Below are positions 31,084-42,042 of a DNA stretch of 64,000 nt, one piece after another. Source of the DNA: a bacterium (lineage in GTDB: Bacteria; Zixibacteria; MSB-5A5; GN15; FEB-12); contig JBDRNJ010000064.1 of the NCBI GenBank assembly GCA_043811375.1, positions 32,001-96,000 on the forward strand, read 5' to 3'. A model generated the notes under the pieces. It ran no database searches and was not told the DNA's origin. It was given only the letters and a program-made list of their open reading frames with translations. A program made the position numbers and the translations under genes. Numbering within the stretch: the first letter of the stretch is position 1; each line of letters begins with the position of its first letter.

Positions 31084-32375
31084 ATGAACAACTCAATGAT
31101 AACACAGATTGACGTTAATCGTAGAAAACGCAGCCTGACGGCAGCGATTATTCTCACTGCCGTCCTGGCACTGGTCCTCGGGGGTGACACTATCGCCGCC
31201 GGCCGCACCTCAGCTCGTGGAGTGGCGATGGGAGAAGCCATGACAGGTCTGGCTGCCGGTGTGGATGCTGCCCGCTACAACCCGGCCAACCTGGGTCTGG
31301 AGGGGTACCGTCAGTCGGGAATCGAACTGATCGGTCTGGGGGCCAACATCTCCAACAACGCTTTCACTCTCGGTGACTACAACCGGTATACGGGTGCTTT
31401 TCTGACCGACGCCGACAAGGATGATATTCTCGAATCCGTTCCCCGGGAGGGGCTGACTCTCGTAGCCGATGTTCAGGCTTCGGCTATGTCACTGGCCATG
31501 GGGTCATTTGTTTTCAGCACCACCGGTGTCGGTCTTGTCGACGCCAATATCAGCAGGGACGTCATCGACCTGATGTTCAACGGCAATTCTTTTGCCGATG
31601 TTATCGATCTTACGGGCACTCACCTGGACGCTGTCGGCTACGCCGCGCTGGGCTGTCGTATGGAATGCCTATCCATCGTTCCGGAAACCGGCAGGTGGCC
31701 GTGGGAGCGACCATCAGCTACCTGCGGGGTCTGGCGGTGGAGCGGATCGTTGAGCTGGAAGGGATGGTGGCGACCTACGAGACCGGCTTCAGCGGCGACG
31801 GCCGTCTGATTGCCCAAACCGCTACCGGCGGCTCCGGTTACGCTCTTGATGTGGGTGCTGCAGCCCGTATCAACAACAACTACACGGTCGGTATCTCTAT
31901 CAAGAATTTCCTCAGCACTCTGAAATGGACGCAACAGACAGAAGAACACGGCTACCTTTTCAGTTTCGACACCGTGACGGTGGACAATATGAGCGACGAC
32001 TATGTAGTGTCGGACGATTACACCGAAGATATACCCGCCTTCAGCACCACCCTGCCTTCGGTGATGAACGTGGGGTTAGCCAATACTTCCGGCTCGCTGT
32101 TGTGGGCGATTAACTGGGAGCAGGGTTTCAGACGAGCAGCCGGTGCCTCAGCCAAACCACGCCTGTCGCTGGGCCTGGAGTGGACAAAACTTGGTATCCT
32201 GCCGTTGCGGACCGGTTTTGCCACCGGTGGTGACAAGAACACGGCCTGGTCTTTTGGTTCCGGTTTGGACCTGTCGCCATTCCACCTCGATCTGGCCGTT
32301 GTGACCGGATCTTCGCTGACACCCGCCTCCTCCAAGGGGCTGAATTTCGCCTTTTCAACCGGACTCCACTTCTAA
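31084..32375 (+). CDS. Outer-membrane beta-barrel, PorV/FadL/DUF5723-like, split by a frameshift at about 31650
   Basis: SARGVAMG..A.YNPANLG N-terminal motif; alternating beta-strands; GYALDVG; terminal LHF; two overlapping ORFs (31084-31809 and 31665-32375). Confidence 0.75.
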
Positions 32376-32392
32376 GGCGGAATGGTGTCGGC

Positions 32393-34132
32393 ATGTGCCA
32401 TAAACTTATTCCAAGCCGGGTTACCGGCCGGTTGACCGCAATCGCGGCCATGATCATTATCATGGCCGCAACAGCCGTGGAATCAATGCCGCCCCACTCT
32501 GATCTGGTCGAAAAGGTGGCAGCCGGGAGCATCTCCCAACCCTATTTCCTGCGTAATCTGGATCAATTGCGGGCGCGCGGAGTCGGCTCCGGCGACCACG
32601 TCTATGAAGGCAAGTCGGGTGTCGTCCGGACCGCCGCCGGCCGGGTTACCACGACGAGCGGACCATTTCGCATACTGGCCATCGCTGTCGAGTTCAGCGA
32701 CCATCCGGCCGTCGTGTCGGCCTCGTTCTTTGACTCGCTCGTTTTCGGAACGGTCGGTAACACGGTCGCTGACTACTACCGCGAGATTTCCTATGGTCAA
32801 CTGGACATGGTTACCGTCAACCTCCCGTCTGCCCTTGACTGGCAAACTGCCCCACAGACTTATGAATGGTACGTCAATAACCAGAATGGTACCGGTAACT
32901 ACCCCCGCAACAGCCAGAAGCTGGTAGAGGACCTGGTTGATTTGATTGATCCTCAGGTCGACTTCTCATTATACGATAACGATGGTGACGGCTACGTAGA
33001 TATCCTGCTGATCATACACAGCGGCACCGGCGCCGAACTGTCCGGCCGCAGCTCAGATATCTGGTCCCACAAATGGGGCATCGCGCCGCGCAACCGGGAC
33101 GGAGTCAATATTTCCGGCTATACGATTCAACCGGAGTTCTGGGCTATCGCGGGCGACATGACCATCGGTGTCGTCGCCCATGAACTGGGACATGCATTCG
33201 GATTACCCGATCTTTATGATCTTGATTATTCATCGCACGGCATTGGTCGCTGGGGGATAATGAGCTACGGAAGCTGGCTGGGTCCCCGTGGATTGGGTGG
33301 ATCGCCGGCTCATCCCTGTGCCTGGAGTCGGATTGAAATGGGTTTTGCCGTTGCCGAAAACGTTGTTGCCAACAGCTATTCACAGGCGATTGGTGCCGTG
33401 AAGGACGGCGGCTCAATCTTCCGTCTCTGGAACTCAGGCAGTGCGTCGGATGAATATTTCCTGGTTGAAAATCGACAACGAACCGGCTACGATCGCTACC
33501 TTTCCGGCTCCGGGTTGCTGGTCTGGCACATTGACGACAGCAAGTCCGGCAACAGTCAGGAATGGTGGCCGGGCCGTGAAGAAAACGGCCACTACCTGGT
33601 GGCTCTGGAACAAGCCGATGGCCTCTATGAACTGGAGCACGGCGTTGACTACAGCGATGCCGGTGATCCCTATCCCGGAGCGGTCAACGCTTCCGTTTTC
33701 AGTGCCATGTCCACTCCGGCATCAGATACCTATGTCGGCGAACAGACGCTGGTAGAGGTTGAAAATATCTCTGCTTCCGCCGCGGTTATGTATGCTGATC
33801 TCATCGTCGGGCTGTCGGCCGGCTCCCCCGGGGACGACGGTCCGCTCTTGCCGGTAAACGTCGAACTGGCGCAAAACTATCCCAATCCGTTCAATCCGGT
33901 CACAACGATCTCTTTCAGCACGACAGAAACGACGCGAGCCACCCTGGAAATCTTCAACCTCCTGGGACAGAAAGTAAAGCTGCTCCTTGATGGCAAAGTT
34001 GATGCCGGCACTATCAGTGTATCCTGGGATGGATGTAACCACAACGGTCACGAGGCAGCCTCCGGGATCTACTTCTATCGCCTGATCACAGGTAACACCC
34101 GGCAGGTCAGGAAAATGATTCTACTTCGCTGA
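32393..34132 (+). CDS. M6 (immune inhibitor A) family metalloprotease with C-terminal FlgD-Ig/T9SS-type-A-like sorting domain
   Basis: YYREISYGQ, DFSLYDNDGDG, AHELGHAFGLPDLYD, EYFLVENRQ; C-terminus QNYPNPFNP..IFNLLGQKV..SGIYFYRL..KMILLR. Confidence 0.92.
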   Translation: MCHKLIPSRVTGRLTAIAAMIIIMAATAVESMPPHSDLVEKVAAGSISQPYFLRNLDQLRARGVGSGDHVYEGKSGVVRTAAGRVTTTSGPFRILAIAVEFSDHPAVVSASFFDSLVFGTVGNTVADYYREISYGQLDMVTVNLPSALDWQTAPQTYEWYVNNQNGTGNYPRNSQKLVEDLVDLIDPQVDFSLYDNDGDGYVDILLIIHSGTGAELSGRSSDIWSHKWGIAPRNRDGVNISGYTIQPEFWAIAGDMTIGVVAHELGHAFGLPDLYDLDYSSHGIGRWGIMSYGSWLGPRGLGGSPAHPCAWSRIEMGFAVAENVVANSYSQAIGAVKDGGSIFRLWNSGSASDEYFLVENRQRTGYDRYLSGSGLLVWHIDDSKSGNSQEWWPGREENGHYLVALEQADGLYELEHGVDYSDAGDPYPGAVNASVFSAMSTPASDTYVGEQTLVEVENISASAAVMYADLIVGLSAGSPGDDGPLLPVNVELAQNYPNPFNPVTTISFSTTETTRATLEIFNLLGQKVKLLLDGKVDAGTISVSWDGCNHNGHEAASGIYFYRLITGNTRQVRKMILLR

Positions 34133-34200
34133 GCAAACCACACCACATCGGCCTATTGGGCTGACTCTCCCTGGTGGTTCCACACATGCCGTCGGAACGA

Positions 34201-34416
34201 CTATTTCGATGTCTGTGGCTGCGAAGGTGCCGTCTCAGTCTGATGACGGTTGTTATCGCGCTGTAGTTTCTTGTACTTGGTGTGACAACTCTTGCAGCGT
34301 CGGGGATCTTCCGTGTATCCCCGTTCGGCAAAATAAGCCTGTGCAGCACCGGTGAACACAAACTCCTGGTCACATTCGACACAAACCAGAATCTTCGGCT
34401 CGAAACCGCTTTCCAT
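34201..34416 (-). CDS. Zinc-ribbon (zf-trcl-like) small protein
   Basis: LVCVECDQEFVFT..Q.YFAERGY..PRRCKSC; RBS GAGGGG. Confidence 0.85.
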   Translation of the reverse strand: MESGFEPKILVCVECDQEFVFTGAAQAYFAERGYTEDPRRCKSCHTKYKKLQRDNNRHQTETAPSQPQTSK

Positions 34417-34548
34417 CTTTCCCCCTCTCCTTCACCTCAGACGTCGTCCGTGATGTCTGAGACCTCCAGAGATAAATTAATATCAATCACTTAATATAAG
34501 AAACAGTTCCCGGCGTCAATATAAAAAAACAAACGATGCCGGCAGTTT

Positions 34549-36576
34549 TTAGTAGGGGTTGCAGGGTGGTGGTGAACCGCCCATAAACAGGTAAGAGACC
34601 AGGGAAGTAATATCGCCTACGTCGATCTGTACGTCACAGTTGAAATCGCCGGCTCCCGGTTCCGGAACCGGAGGAGAGCCACTGGTGAAGAGGTAAGCCA
34701 CCAGATAAGTAATATCGCCAACTTCGATAGAGCCCGTAAAGTCGCAATCGCCGTGCTGCAGACGAGTCTCAGCTATGGCATCTTGCCAGTGCAGTTTGGA
34801 CGTGTCACCACGCGAACGAATCTCAAAGTGCAAGTTGGATAGCGTCCCCAGCGGTGTTCCCGGTGGTGGATTCACGGCTATGGATATTACAGTGTCTCCC
34901 TGGGGAGGTATGGCCATGTCGATAGTATCCCGTGTAACCCAACCCCGATCATCCCAGAATGCGATATCGAAAACGTCATTAAGTGAAGAGGTGTTGAACA
35001 CCTGGTACTCAAATCCCCTGGTACCTCCGGAGTAAACGGCGGAATCGGTGGTCAGAACCAGTGAGGAGCAGGCGTATGGCTGCAGAATCTTTGCCGAATA
35101 GCCGAAATAATCGCCGCCGTCGAACTCGGCTATGTTGGTCGCCACCAGTGTCACCCGATAATACGATTCGAATTCAAAGATGTCCACTTCGGCGAAGTAC
35201 GTCACTGGGTCCAGGTTGATCTTCTCGAACTGGTGCACGTCGTTGGCGGTGGACTTTATCAGATAGGCTGACCACTCGCGCGAATCATCACCGTTGAACA
35301 TTATCCTCAGGATGCCGGTGTAGCTTTGTGGATAAAACTGTATATAGCAGGAACCGTAGCCGACCGGACTGGTCGGTGACGACGAATGATTAACCGGGTA
35401 AGCCGTGTGAGTCATTCCAACGGACACTAACGGGTAATCAAAGGCTTCCTCATGATGCCAGCCGTCATCTCGAGAGGAGGTGACATAATTCCAGGTGGTG
35501 AATTCGGCGAATGCCGAATCCTGGGTCCATCCGTAGCGTCCCCACAGTGTGTCCGAAAGAGTACTGAATATATTGTCATAACGGGCACCTTCCCACCCCG
35601 CCACCAGCAGTGACGTGTCGAACCTCTGGGCCAGGTAGAGTCCCCAGATGAAACAGGAGTAGGCATGGGATGAGTTTTCCATCAGGGATTTCTCAGGGTA
35701 GTTAAAGAAAGAGCCCAGGTAATTGTAGTTGTCATTGGAAAAATCAAAGATGATGTCTTCCCAGCAGATAGCGTCAAGTTCCATGAACCACATGCCTTCG
35801 CCCAGATCGTAGGCATACTGTACGCAGTGATGAAACTCGTGGGCGCACGTCACCTTGGCAGCCCCATACTGGTCGCCTTCAGGATCATCGTTGGGGGGGA
35901 AGCCGAGAAAATCGTTATTGAGCACCAGGTAGCTGTAGTAGTCGTTCCACGGCTGTGGGCCCGGACCTTCCGGTTGTGCATAGCCGTAGTACCCCATCTC
36001 CTGGAAATAGACGTCAAAAGAGCTGTCGCCTCCCAGGCTGCCATCGGAAGGTGGCGGCAGGAAACCATGACTGATGTGGACGTTATATGTTGTGTCGCAG
36101 TAGGCGGCACATTTCTCAACAAAGTCAGGTATACCGTTGGAATCATCGTCTGCCGCGGGAACCTGATAACTCCCCGAGGTATCATAATGCAGCTTGAAAA
36201 AACCACCCGGAGAATCGTAAGTGAATTCAGTCGGATGCCGTGTGAGCGCCTGGCTGAACTCCACCTGAGTCTCTTTCGATAGTTCGTCCCAGCGCCATCG
36301 GATATCACTCAGCACGTTACTCGGACAGACGGGGGGGAGGTCGCTCAGCGCCAGGTTCGGCCGGCGATATTCCCGGGGAAGCTCATGGGGATTTTTGATC
36401 GCTTTTATTACCAACCGTGTTCTTTGATCGAGGGTTAGCCTGCCGTCGCGAAAATCCTTCTCAATCGCCCACAAGGGGTCACTGCCGGTGATAGTAGTCC
36501 TGCCCGGGCTGATTGCAGGAATCAGCAGGCACAGAGTAAAACTCAGAATACCGACCAGTGATATTTGTTTCAGCAT
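34549..36576 (-). CDS. Secreted zinc metalloprotease (MXAN_6640-like) with C-terminal dockerin-like domain
   Basis: FKLHYD..D.DSNGIPDFV, AHEFHHCVQYAY..WFME; C-terminus GDCD..GDITYLVAYLF..GDFNCD..GDITSLVSYLFMGGSPPPC. Confidence 0.85.
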   Translation of the reverse strand: MLKQISLVGILSFTLCLLIPAISPGRTTITGSDPLWAIEKDFRDGRLTLDQRTRLVIKAIKNPHELPREYRRPNLALSDLPPVCPSNVLSDIRWRWDELSKETQVEFSQALTRHPTEFTYDSPGGFFKLHYDTSGSYQVPAADDDSNGIPDFVEKCAAYCDTTYNVHISHGFLPPPSDGSLGGDSSFDVYFQEMGYYGYAQPEGPGPQPWNDYYSYLVLNNDFLGFPPNDDPEGDQYGAAKVTCAHEFHHCVQYAYDLGEGMWFMELDAICWEDIIFDFSNDNYNYLGSFFNYPEKSLMENSSHAYSCFIWGLYLAQRFDTSLLVAGWEGARYDNIFSTLSDTLWGRYGWTQDSAFAEFTTWNYVTSSRDDGWHHEEAFDYPLVSVGMTHTAYPVNHSSSPTSPVGYGSCYIQFYPQSYTGILRIMFNGDDSREWSAYLIKSTANDVHQFEKINLDPVTYFAEVDIFEFESYYRVTLVATNIAEFDGGDYFGYSAKILQPYACSSLVLTTDSAVYSGGTRGFEYQVFNTSSLNDVFDIAFWDDRGWVTRDTIDMAIPPQGDTVISIAVNPPPGTPLGTLSNLHFEIRSRGDTSKLHWQDAIAETRLQHGDCDFTGSIEVGDITYLVAYLFTSGSPPVPEPGAGDFNCDVQIDVGDITSLVSYLFMGGSPPPCNPY

Positions 36577-36863
36577 TCGCTTTCCTCGCGGCGGTGTGTT
36601 TATGACACTTATCGGCGCTCTGGCTGAACTCTCCATTTTGTCAGCGGCGCGGGTTTTCTTATTGGCAACGGTGCATACCTAGCTGCCATGAGAAAAAGAC
36701 CTTCTAACATATTCAACTGCGGCAACCGGATTGATAGTTCCCCGGAAAAAGCAGAGATTCTCCGGCAGGCAAACCCCAAGGTTCCCCGCCTCCGTTACGA
36801 ATTGAGCAGGTCGTTGCGAGTACTCCGGCAAATCACGGATACCTACTTACAATTTATTGAATT

Positions 36864-38537
36864 TCAACGTGTTGTCAAGAGGAAACTCGACGGCTGTGCA
36901 TCAAAGTACTGATTTGTGCCCACCGAAACCTGCCAGCCATTAAATTTAGAATAGGCAACGTCTATACGCAGGAGTTTTCTTTTTGACGATCGCTCCAGAG
37001 CTAAACGAAGGCCTGCCCCGACACTGGTATATACCTGACCCGATTGAGCCGAAGCTCGTTTACTCCATATTGTCGCCATATCCACAAACGCGACGCCGCC
37101 GAACCGGACTGACAGTATCTCCCATCCGGGGTAAAATCTGCCCTCGAGGTTGACTACTCCTTTGCGGTTACCGGTCCGGAAATATTCATTGTAACCCCTC
37201 AATTCTCCATCGCCACCGAGGGTCAGGGCGTCGATTTGCGCCGGCCTTGATTCCGACACGAATAAGCCACGAGCGGCAATCGTGGCCAGTTGAGATACAC
37301 TGTGATAGTAGGTGGCGGTAAGTCTGGATATCCGTCTGATATCTCTGCGGTAATGAAACCACAGTACGCCGTGATAATCGATAAAGGCCAGATTGGGACC
37401 ACGCTTAAAACCCTCTGATATGCCAACATTAAGTACGTCAAAGACATAATGCTGAAAATCGGCCGAGGCTGCTCGTGCCCAACCTATCTGAAACGCCTGC
37501 CCCAGGGTAAAATCTTCGGTGTAGCCGAAACCGTCAATCTGTGTTAAGGTTACAAAGTTCATGTTAGCTACGAGGATAGAGGCACCCACCTGATGATACA
37601 GGGAGTCGACCGGGAAGGCGGCAGAGGCGGTCAGACTGTCTTCGTGAGTTTCACAGAGAATCTTCCGGTCAAATGATCGCTCAAAACGATAGACATACAA
37701 AGGCTTTATCTGCAGTTTGCGACGATAGGAACCTGTTCGCCAGGATACTGCCGCCAACAGGCGGTCGCCCTCATACAGCGATTCACCGATCAACCAGCCG
37801 TCGGAATGGATATCCCGGCGACCGCTGGTGCCGGCCACGGAGAAACTGAAAGCGAGTGTCTGCGAAAGATTATAGTAGGGATGACCCAGGCCAAAATAGC
37901 GGGAAGAGTTCAGGGGGTCATTGCTGAATCCCAGAACAACGGCATACGGCCGGTTCCGAAGACGCTCGTCGATAAAACTTCCGGTGAAATAATCCCTGTC
38001 CCCCGATTGCAGGACATACTTCGCCGATAAAAGCTGATTGTTACCCAGCAGATTCCTTTCCGTCATGGTGAGGTCATAACGAGTCCGGTTGCCGTCGCGG
38101 TTGAAATTCATGCCGCTGGAAAGGCTCCATTGATCGATAGTAACCACCCGTACCAACAGCCGGCCATCCGGCAATAAGACCGGCTCGACCCAGGCGTCAT
38201 AGACCAGCAAACGGCGTCGCAGATTGCGAGCTGTCTCTTCGGCCAGGTCCACCGAAAACGGTTTCCCTGTCTGCAACAGGATTTCAGGCCTGATGACTCT
38301 GGCGCGGGTTTTGTAATGCAGTTTGTTGGCTAACTTGAAGATGAAGTGGCGGTAGCGGTTGTCATCGGTGTCAAAGATATTGCGATTATCGATGGCAATA
38401 CTGTCAACCGTCACTCCCGCAAAGTCAGACATCTGTCGAGGGATCTCGTCGGACCGGTCGTCGCCGGCACTGCTTTGTGCTCGGCCGAGGCAGGCAAGGA
38501 TCAACAGTAGCAGTGAAAATCTCAAACCAGGTTGCAA
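36864..38537 (-). CDS. Omp85/BamA-TamA family outer membrane protein with POTRA
   Basis: Signal peptide, ETARNLR POTRA, ERNLLG, LGG..LRGY motif, SVGAGLR, RIDVAY. Confidence 0.85.
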   Translation of the reverse strand: MQPGLRFSLLLLILACLGRAQSSAGDDRSDEIPRQMSDFAGVTVDSIAIDNRNIFDTDDNRYRHFIFKLANKLHYKTRARVIRPEILLQTGKPFSVDLAEETARNLRRRLLVYDAWVEPVLLPDGRLLVRVVTIDQWSLSSGMNFNRDGNRTRYDLTMTERNLLGNNQLLSAKYVLQSGDRDYFTGSFIDERLRNRPYAVVLGFSNDPLNSSRYFGLGHPYYNLSQTLAFSFSVAGTSGRRDIHSDGWLIGESLYEGDRLLAAVSWRTGSYRRKLQIKPLYVYRFERSFDRKILCETHEDSLTASAAFPVDSLYHQVGASILVANMNFVTLTQIDGFGYTEDFTLGQAFQIGWARAASADFQHYVFDVLNVGISEGFKRGPNLAFIDYHGVLWFHYRRDIRRISRLTATYYHSVSQLATIAARGLFVSESRPAQIDALTLGGDGELRGYNEYFRTGNRKGVVNLEGRFYPGWEILSVRFGGVAFVDMATIWSKRASAQSGQVYTSVGAGLRLALERSSKRKLLRIDVAYSKFNGWQVSVGTNQYFDAQPSSFLLTTR

Positions 38538-38738
38538 AAATCTCTCCAGTAGTTTTCATGCAATAAATGCCAAACCTGCGGCCAGTCAACATAATACGGT
38601 GGGGAAACAGGTTTACGGCCAACAGCCTGACAGCTGTAGTTGTCGCTGTTGAGAGCCACCGGGTTGGGGCTTTACCCAGAGTAGAATTAACCGATAATAG
38701 CACGTAATAGAATAATCCTGATTGGAATAGGTGGCACC

Positions 38739-39416
38739 ATGAGACAACATACGATTTTCTTCAGCCTTTTCGTTGCAATGCTCGTCGCTTGCTCGGCTAC
38801 GGTCCGTCAGCGAGCTCAGTACTATCCGGATCGACAGCTAAAGGAGCGGTGGAGCGAAGTCAAAGATTCAACCGGGACCTACATACGTCAAGGCACATAC
38901 TCTTCCTGGTATGAAAACGGCCGGGTGCAGATCGAAGGGGAGTATAGCGGTGGCGTTATGACCGGCATCTGGGTGACGCGTACCGCAAACGGTCAGGTAC
39001 AGGAATGGCACGAATATGTCGACGGTCAGCAGCACGGTCTGTATGTCTACTATCATCCCAACGGCAACAAAAAACAGCAAGGCAAGTATGTCCGCGGGCA
39101 ACGGGAAGGTGCCTGGGTGTCATGGTCTGAAAACGGCATCGTCAGTGAAGAAAGCGCCTATCGAGAGGGCAGGAAATATGGCCTCTGGATAGAATGGTAC
39201 GCGGCCGGGAAGAAGAAACGGGAAGCCAACTATGTCGATGGCCAACTGAACGGTCCCTTCACGACCTGGCACGAGAATGGATTAAGGTGGGTTGAAGGTA
39301 AGTATACCGATGGCGAGAAAGACGGCCTCTGGACAACGTGGGATGAGATCGGTCTCGTTACTGCCCGGCAACGATACCAGGCCGGTGAACTGGTGGCTAC
39401 GGAGGAGGAGTCGTAA
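38739..39416 (+). CDS. MORN-variant repeat (YwqK-like) lipoprotein
   Basis: LVAC lipobox; repeated W.ENG..EG.Y..G...G.W units. Confidence 0.85.
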   Translation: MRQHTIFFSLFVAMLVACSATVRQRAQYYPDRQLKERWSEVKDSTGTYIRQGTYSSWYENGRVQIEGEYSGGVMTGIWVTRTANGQVQEWHEYVDGQQHGLYVYYHPNGNKKQQGKYVRGQREGAWVSWSENGIVSEESAYREGRKYGLWIEWYAAGKKKREANYVDGQLNGPFTTWHENGLRWVEGKYTDGEKDGLWTTWDEIGLVTARQRYQAGELVATEEES

Positions 39417-39417
39417 C

Positions 39418-42042
39418 TTAATCGGAATCTTCAGAATTCTCGTATTTCTCCAGCAGCGCCTGAAAACGCGGGTGGTCGCGGAGGGGGTCATACTCAGGGT
39501 GATGACGCAGATCATAGATGGCGATGCCTGACGGGATACTCATCAACACTTCGAGCTGGTCGATAGCCAAATCATGTTCACCCGCCAATACGTAGATAGA
39601 CGCGAGCTCTTCTATCAATCCGGGCCCATATAGTGCGTCCTGGGATACTGGAAGAAGATCGACTGCCTTCCTGCCTTCCCGTATAGCATCGGAAACGCGA
39701 CCTAATCCTGCATAGGCGCTTCCCAAGGTCATGGTATTAAAGGCTGAATGCGGTTGAACTTTGCTTCTTTGCTCAGCGACTACTCGCGCGGAATCATAAT
39801 ACACTTGACTCAAAGAGTCACGTGCCCAGAAACGATAGGCCTCGGCTTTGATAAGATAAAAATCCCCGCTATCAGCCAGAATAAAACTGCCCGGGACCTC
39901 GCGCCGATTGATAGCGGATTCATAGTCTCGGAACAGAACATCAAAACCTTCCATCCAGAATCCGACCATCTCCGGCTCCCCATACTGGGTAGCCAAGTCA
40001 AGTATCTCCCGTGCTCTCGTTGTGTCACCACTTAGTTGCAGCACAGCGGCTGCCTTAAAGAACAGGAGAGATGCCGCGTCGGGCCGTAGTGAAAGACTTT
40101 TGTCGAGAGCACGGATGAGTTCCTTGGATTCACCCATGGCACTAAGCGTCGTTGCTAGTCCCATCGCCAGCCCCTGCGAATGGGGATCAATCTCCACTGC
40201 TTTCTTGAGATTGTCTGCAGCCTCCTGCCACTTGCCCTGGCGCCTCTGAACATAGCCGATCGCAGCCAGCACTTCGCTGTTGTTAGGCTGCTGCTCCAAA
40301 ACCTGGTTAAACTCATCCAGAGCACGGTCATAGTCTTCCTGACAGTAGTAGGAGAAATATCCCAGACCAATGTGGCCTTCAACTCCTTCGCGGGATGTGC
40401 GCGCGGCATTGTTTGCAGCCTGCTCGCATAGATTCAGGCGCTGCTCACTTCTGTCTATCCAGTTGAAGTAAAGGAACCCGTGGATTCGAGCCAGGCGACT
40501 GTGAGCCTTGGCAAAATCAGGGTCGGCTTCAACGGCCTTTTCAAGCAGTGCTATCGCCAGTTCGTGCTCGTTCGAATCATCGTACTCCTTTGCTTGCAGG
40601 TAGAGATCATAGGCGTCAATATCGTCCGTCGGCTTGTATCCCATAGACTGACGTTCAGAGGCTAGCAGTGTTACTCCAAGCGTATCGACGATCCGTGTGG
40701 CAATATGGATTTGGACATCGAAGATTTCGGTCATAGCTATTTGGAAATTCCCGGCCCACAGGTGAATATCATCGGCAACCTGAATCAACTGCGGTGTGAT
40801 GCGCACCCGGTCAGTATCTCCGGACTTGTCCCAGCGAATAGTGCCTTCAAGGACGTAATCTACCCCCAACTCTTTGGCTATTACAGGTAGTGTCTTATCT
40901 GAGCTTTTGTAGGCGTAGGCGCTGGTGCGGGAGATTACACCCAGATTGTGAACCATGGCCAGACGGGAAGTGATTTCGTCGGTCATTCCATCGGCGAAAT
41001 ACTCATCCTTCGGATCACCCAGATTCTCAAACGGCAGTATCGCCAGCATGATTTTCTCTGGTTTGTCGGAGGCGGTGTCAGATATCCACGGTTGCCATAC
41101 AATCAACACCAGCACCAGAGTGGCCAATACGATCCATACCACCCATAGGTTTAACCACCCTTTTTTGACTGGTGTGGATATGAGGGTTAGCCGTTTCAGA
41201 TCAGCCAGCATCCCATCGGCATGCTGGTAGCGCAGCGATGAGTCTTTGGAAAGTGCTTTGTTGAGTATCTGCTGAAGTTCACCAGTTTCGCCTGATTTAT
41301 AACGAGCAACCGGTTCCGGAGTTGCGTCCGTGATTGAGCGAGCAACCGCCGTTTCGGTGTCCCCCTCGAACGGACGGCGTCCAGTCAGCATCTCATAGAG
41401 AATTACTCCTACTGAAAAGATATCCGAGCGAAGATCGACCTGTTTCCCTTCCACCTGTTCCGGAGACATATATCCGATGGTTCCGAGTGTCGAACCGGTT
41501 TTGGTCAGCTTCTCTTCACCGGAAACCGTCGCGAGGCCGAAGTCAAGAATGCGGGCGCGGCCCTCACTGTCGATAACAATGTTACTTGGCTTGATGTCAC
41601 GATGGACTACGCCGGAGTCATGCGCTTTGTGCAACCCTTCGCAGATCTGCATGGTCAGGCCAATAGCTTCTGAGACCGTGAGCTTGCCCTGTTTGATGGT
41701 ATCTCGAAGGGAATGCCCCTCTATATGCGCCATTGCAAAGAACGGCCGTCCCTTGAAATCTCCTACTTCGTAGACGGGAGCGATATTGGGATGATCCAGT
41801 TTTGCCGCCGCTTGCGCCTCTCGCTTGAAACGCCTGCGACAGTCTTCATCTTGACACAAATGCGGAGGCAGGAACTTCAGGGCGACATTACGATTGAGTT
41901 TGGTATCCTCAGCCAGATACACCTCACCCATGCCACCGGCGCCAATCTTGGAGATGATGCGATAGTGGCCGACCTTGGTGCCCTCGGTGAGAGTGACAAA
42001 TGATCTGGTCTGATCTTCTCCGCTGGAATCCTGAGTCGTCAA
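39418..42042 (-). CDS. Hanks-type Ser/Thr protein kinase with TM, TolB-like and TPR domains
   Basis: IGAGGMGEVY, VALK, HRDIKPSN, DFGLA, YMSPEQ; LPFENLG..YFADGMTDEI; TPR repeats; YDPLRDHPRF. Confidence 0.95.
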   Translation of the reverse strand: MTTQDSSGEDQTRSFVTLTEGTKVGHYRIISKIGAGGMGEVYLAEDTKLNRNVALKFLPPHLCQDEDCRRRFKREAQAAAKLDHPNIAPVYEVGDFKGRPFFAMAHIEGHSLRDTIKQGKLTVSEAIGLTMQICEGLHKAHDSGVVHRDIKPSNIVIDSEGRARILDFGLATVSGEEKLTKTGSTLGTIGYMSPEQVEGKQVDLRSDIFSVGVILYEMLTGRRPFEGDTETAVARSITDATPEPVARYKSGETGELQQILNKALSKDSSLRYQHADGMLADLKRLTLISTPVKKGWLNLWVVWIVLATLVLVLIVWQPWISDTASDKPEKIMLAILPFENLGDPKDEYFADGMTDEITSRLAMVHNLGVISRTSAYAYKSSDKTLPVIAKELGVDYVLEGTIRWDKSGDTDRVRITPQLIQVADDIHLWAGNFQIAMTEIFDVQIHIATRIVDTLGVTLLASERQSMGYKPTDDIDAYDLYLQAKEYDDSNEHELAIALLEKAVEADPDFAKAHSRLARIHGFLYFNWIDRSEQRLNLCEQAANNAARTSREGVEGHIGLGYFSYYCQEDYDRALDEFNQVLEQQPNNSEVLAAIGYVQRRQGKWQEAADNLKKAVEIDPHSQGLAMGLATTLSAMGESKELIRALDKSLSLRPDAASLLFFKAAAVLQLSGDTTRAREILDLATQYGEPEMVGFWMEGFDVLFRDYESAINRREVPGSFILADSGDFYLIKAEAYRFWARDSLSQVYYDSARVVAEQRSKVQPHSAFNTMTLGSAYAGLGRVSDAIREGRKAVDLLPVSQDALYGPGLIEELASIYVLAGEHDLAIDQLEVLMSIPSGIAIYDLRHHPEYDPLRDHPRFQALLEKYENSEDSD

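Noticed and set aside
38739..42042. YwqK-like gene plus kinase as a toxin-antitoxin pair
   Set aside because: Genes are convergent, the MORN protein is a lipoprotein, and no toxin domain is adjacent
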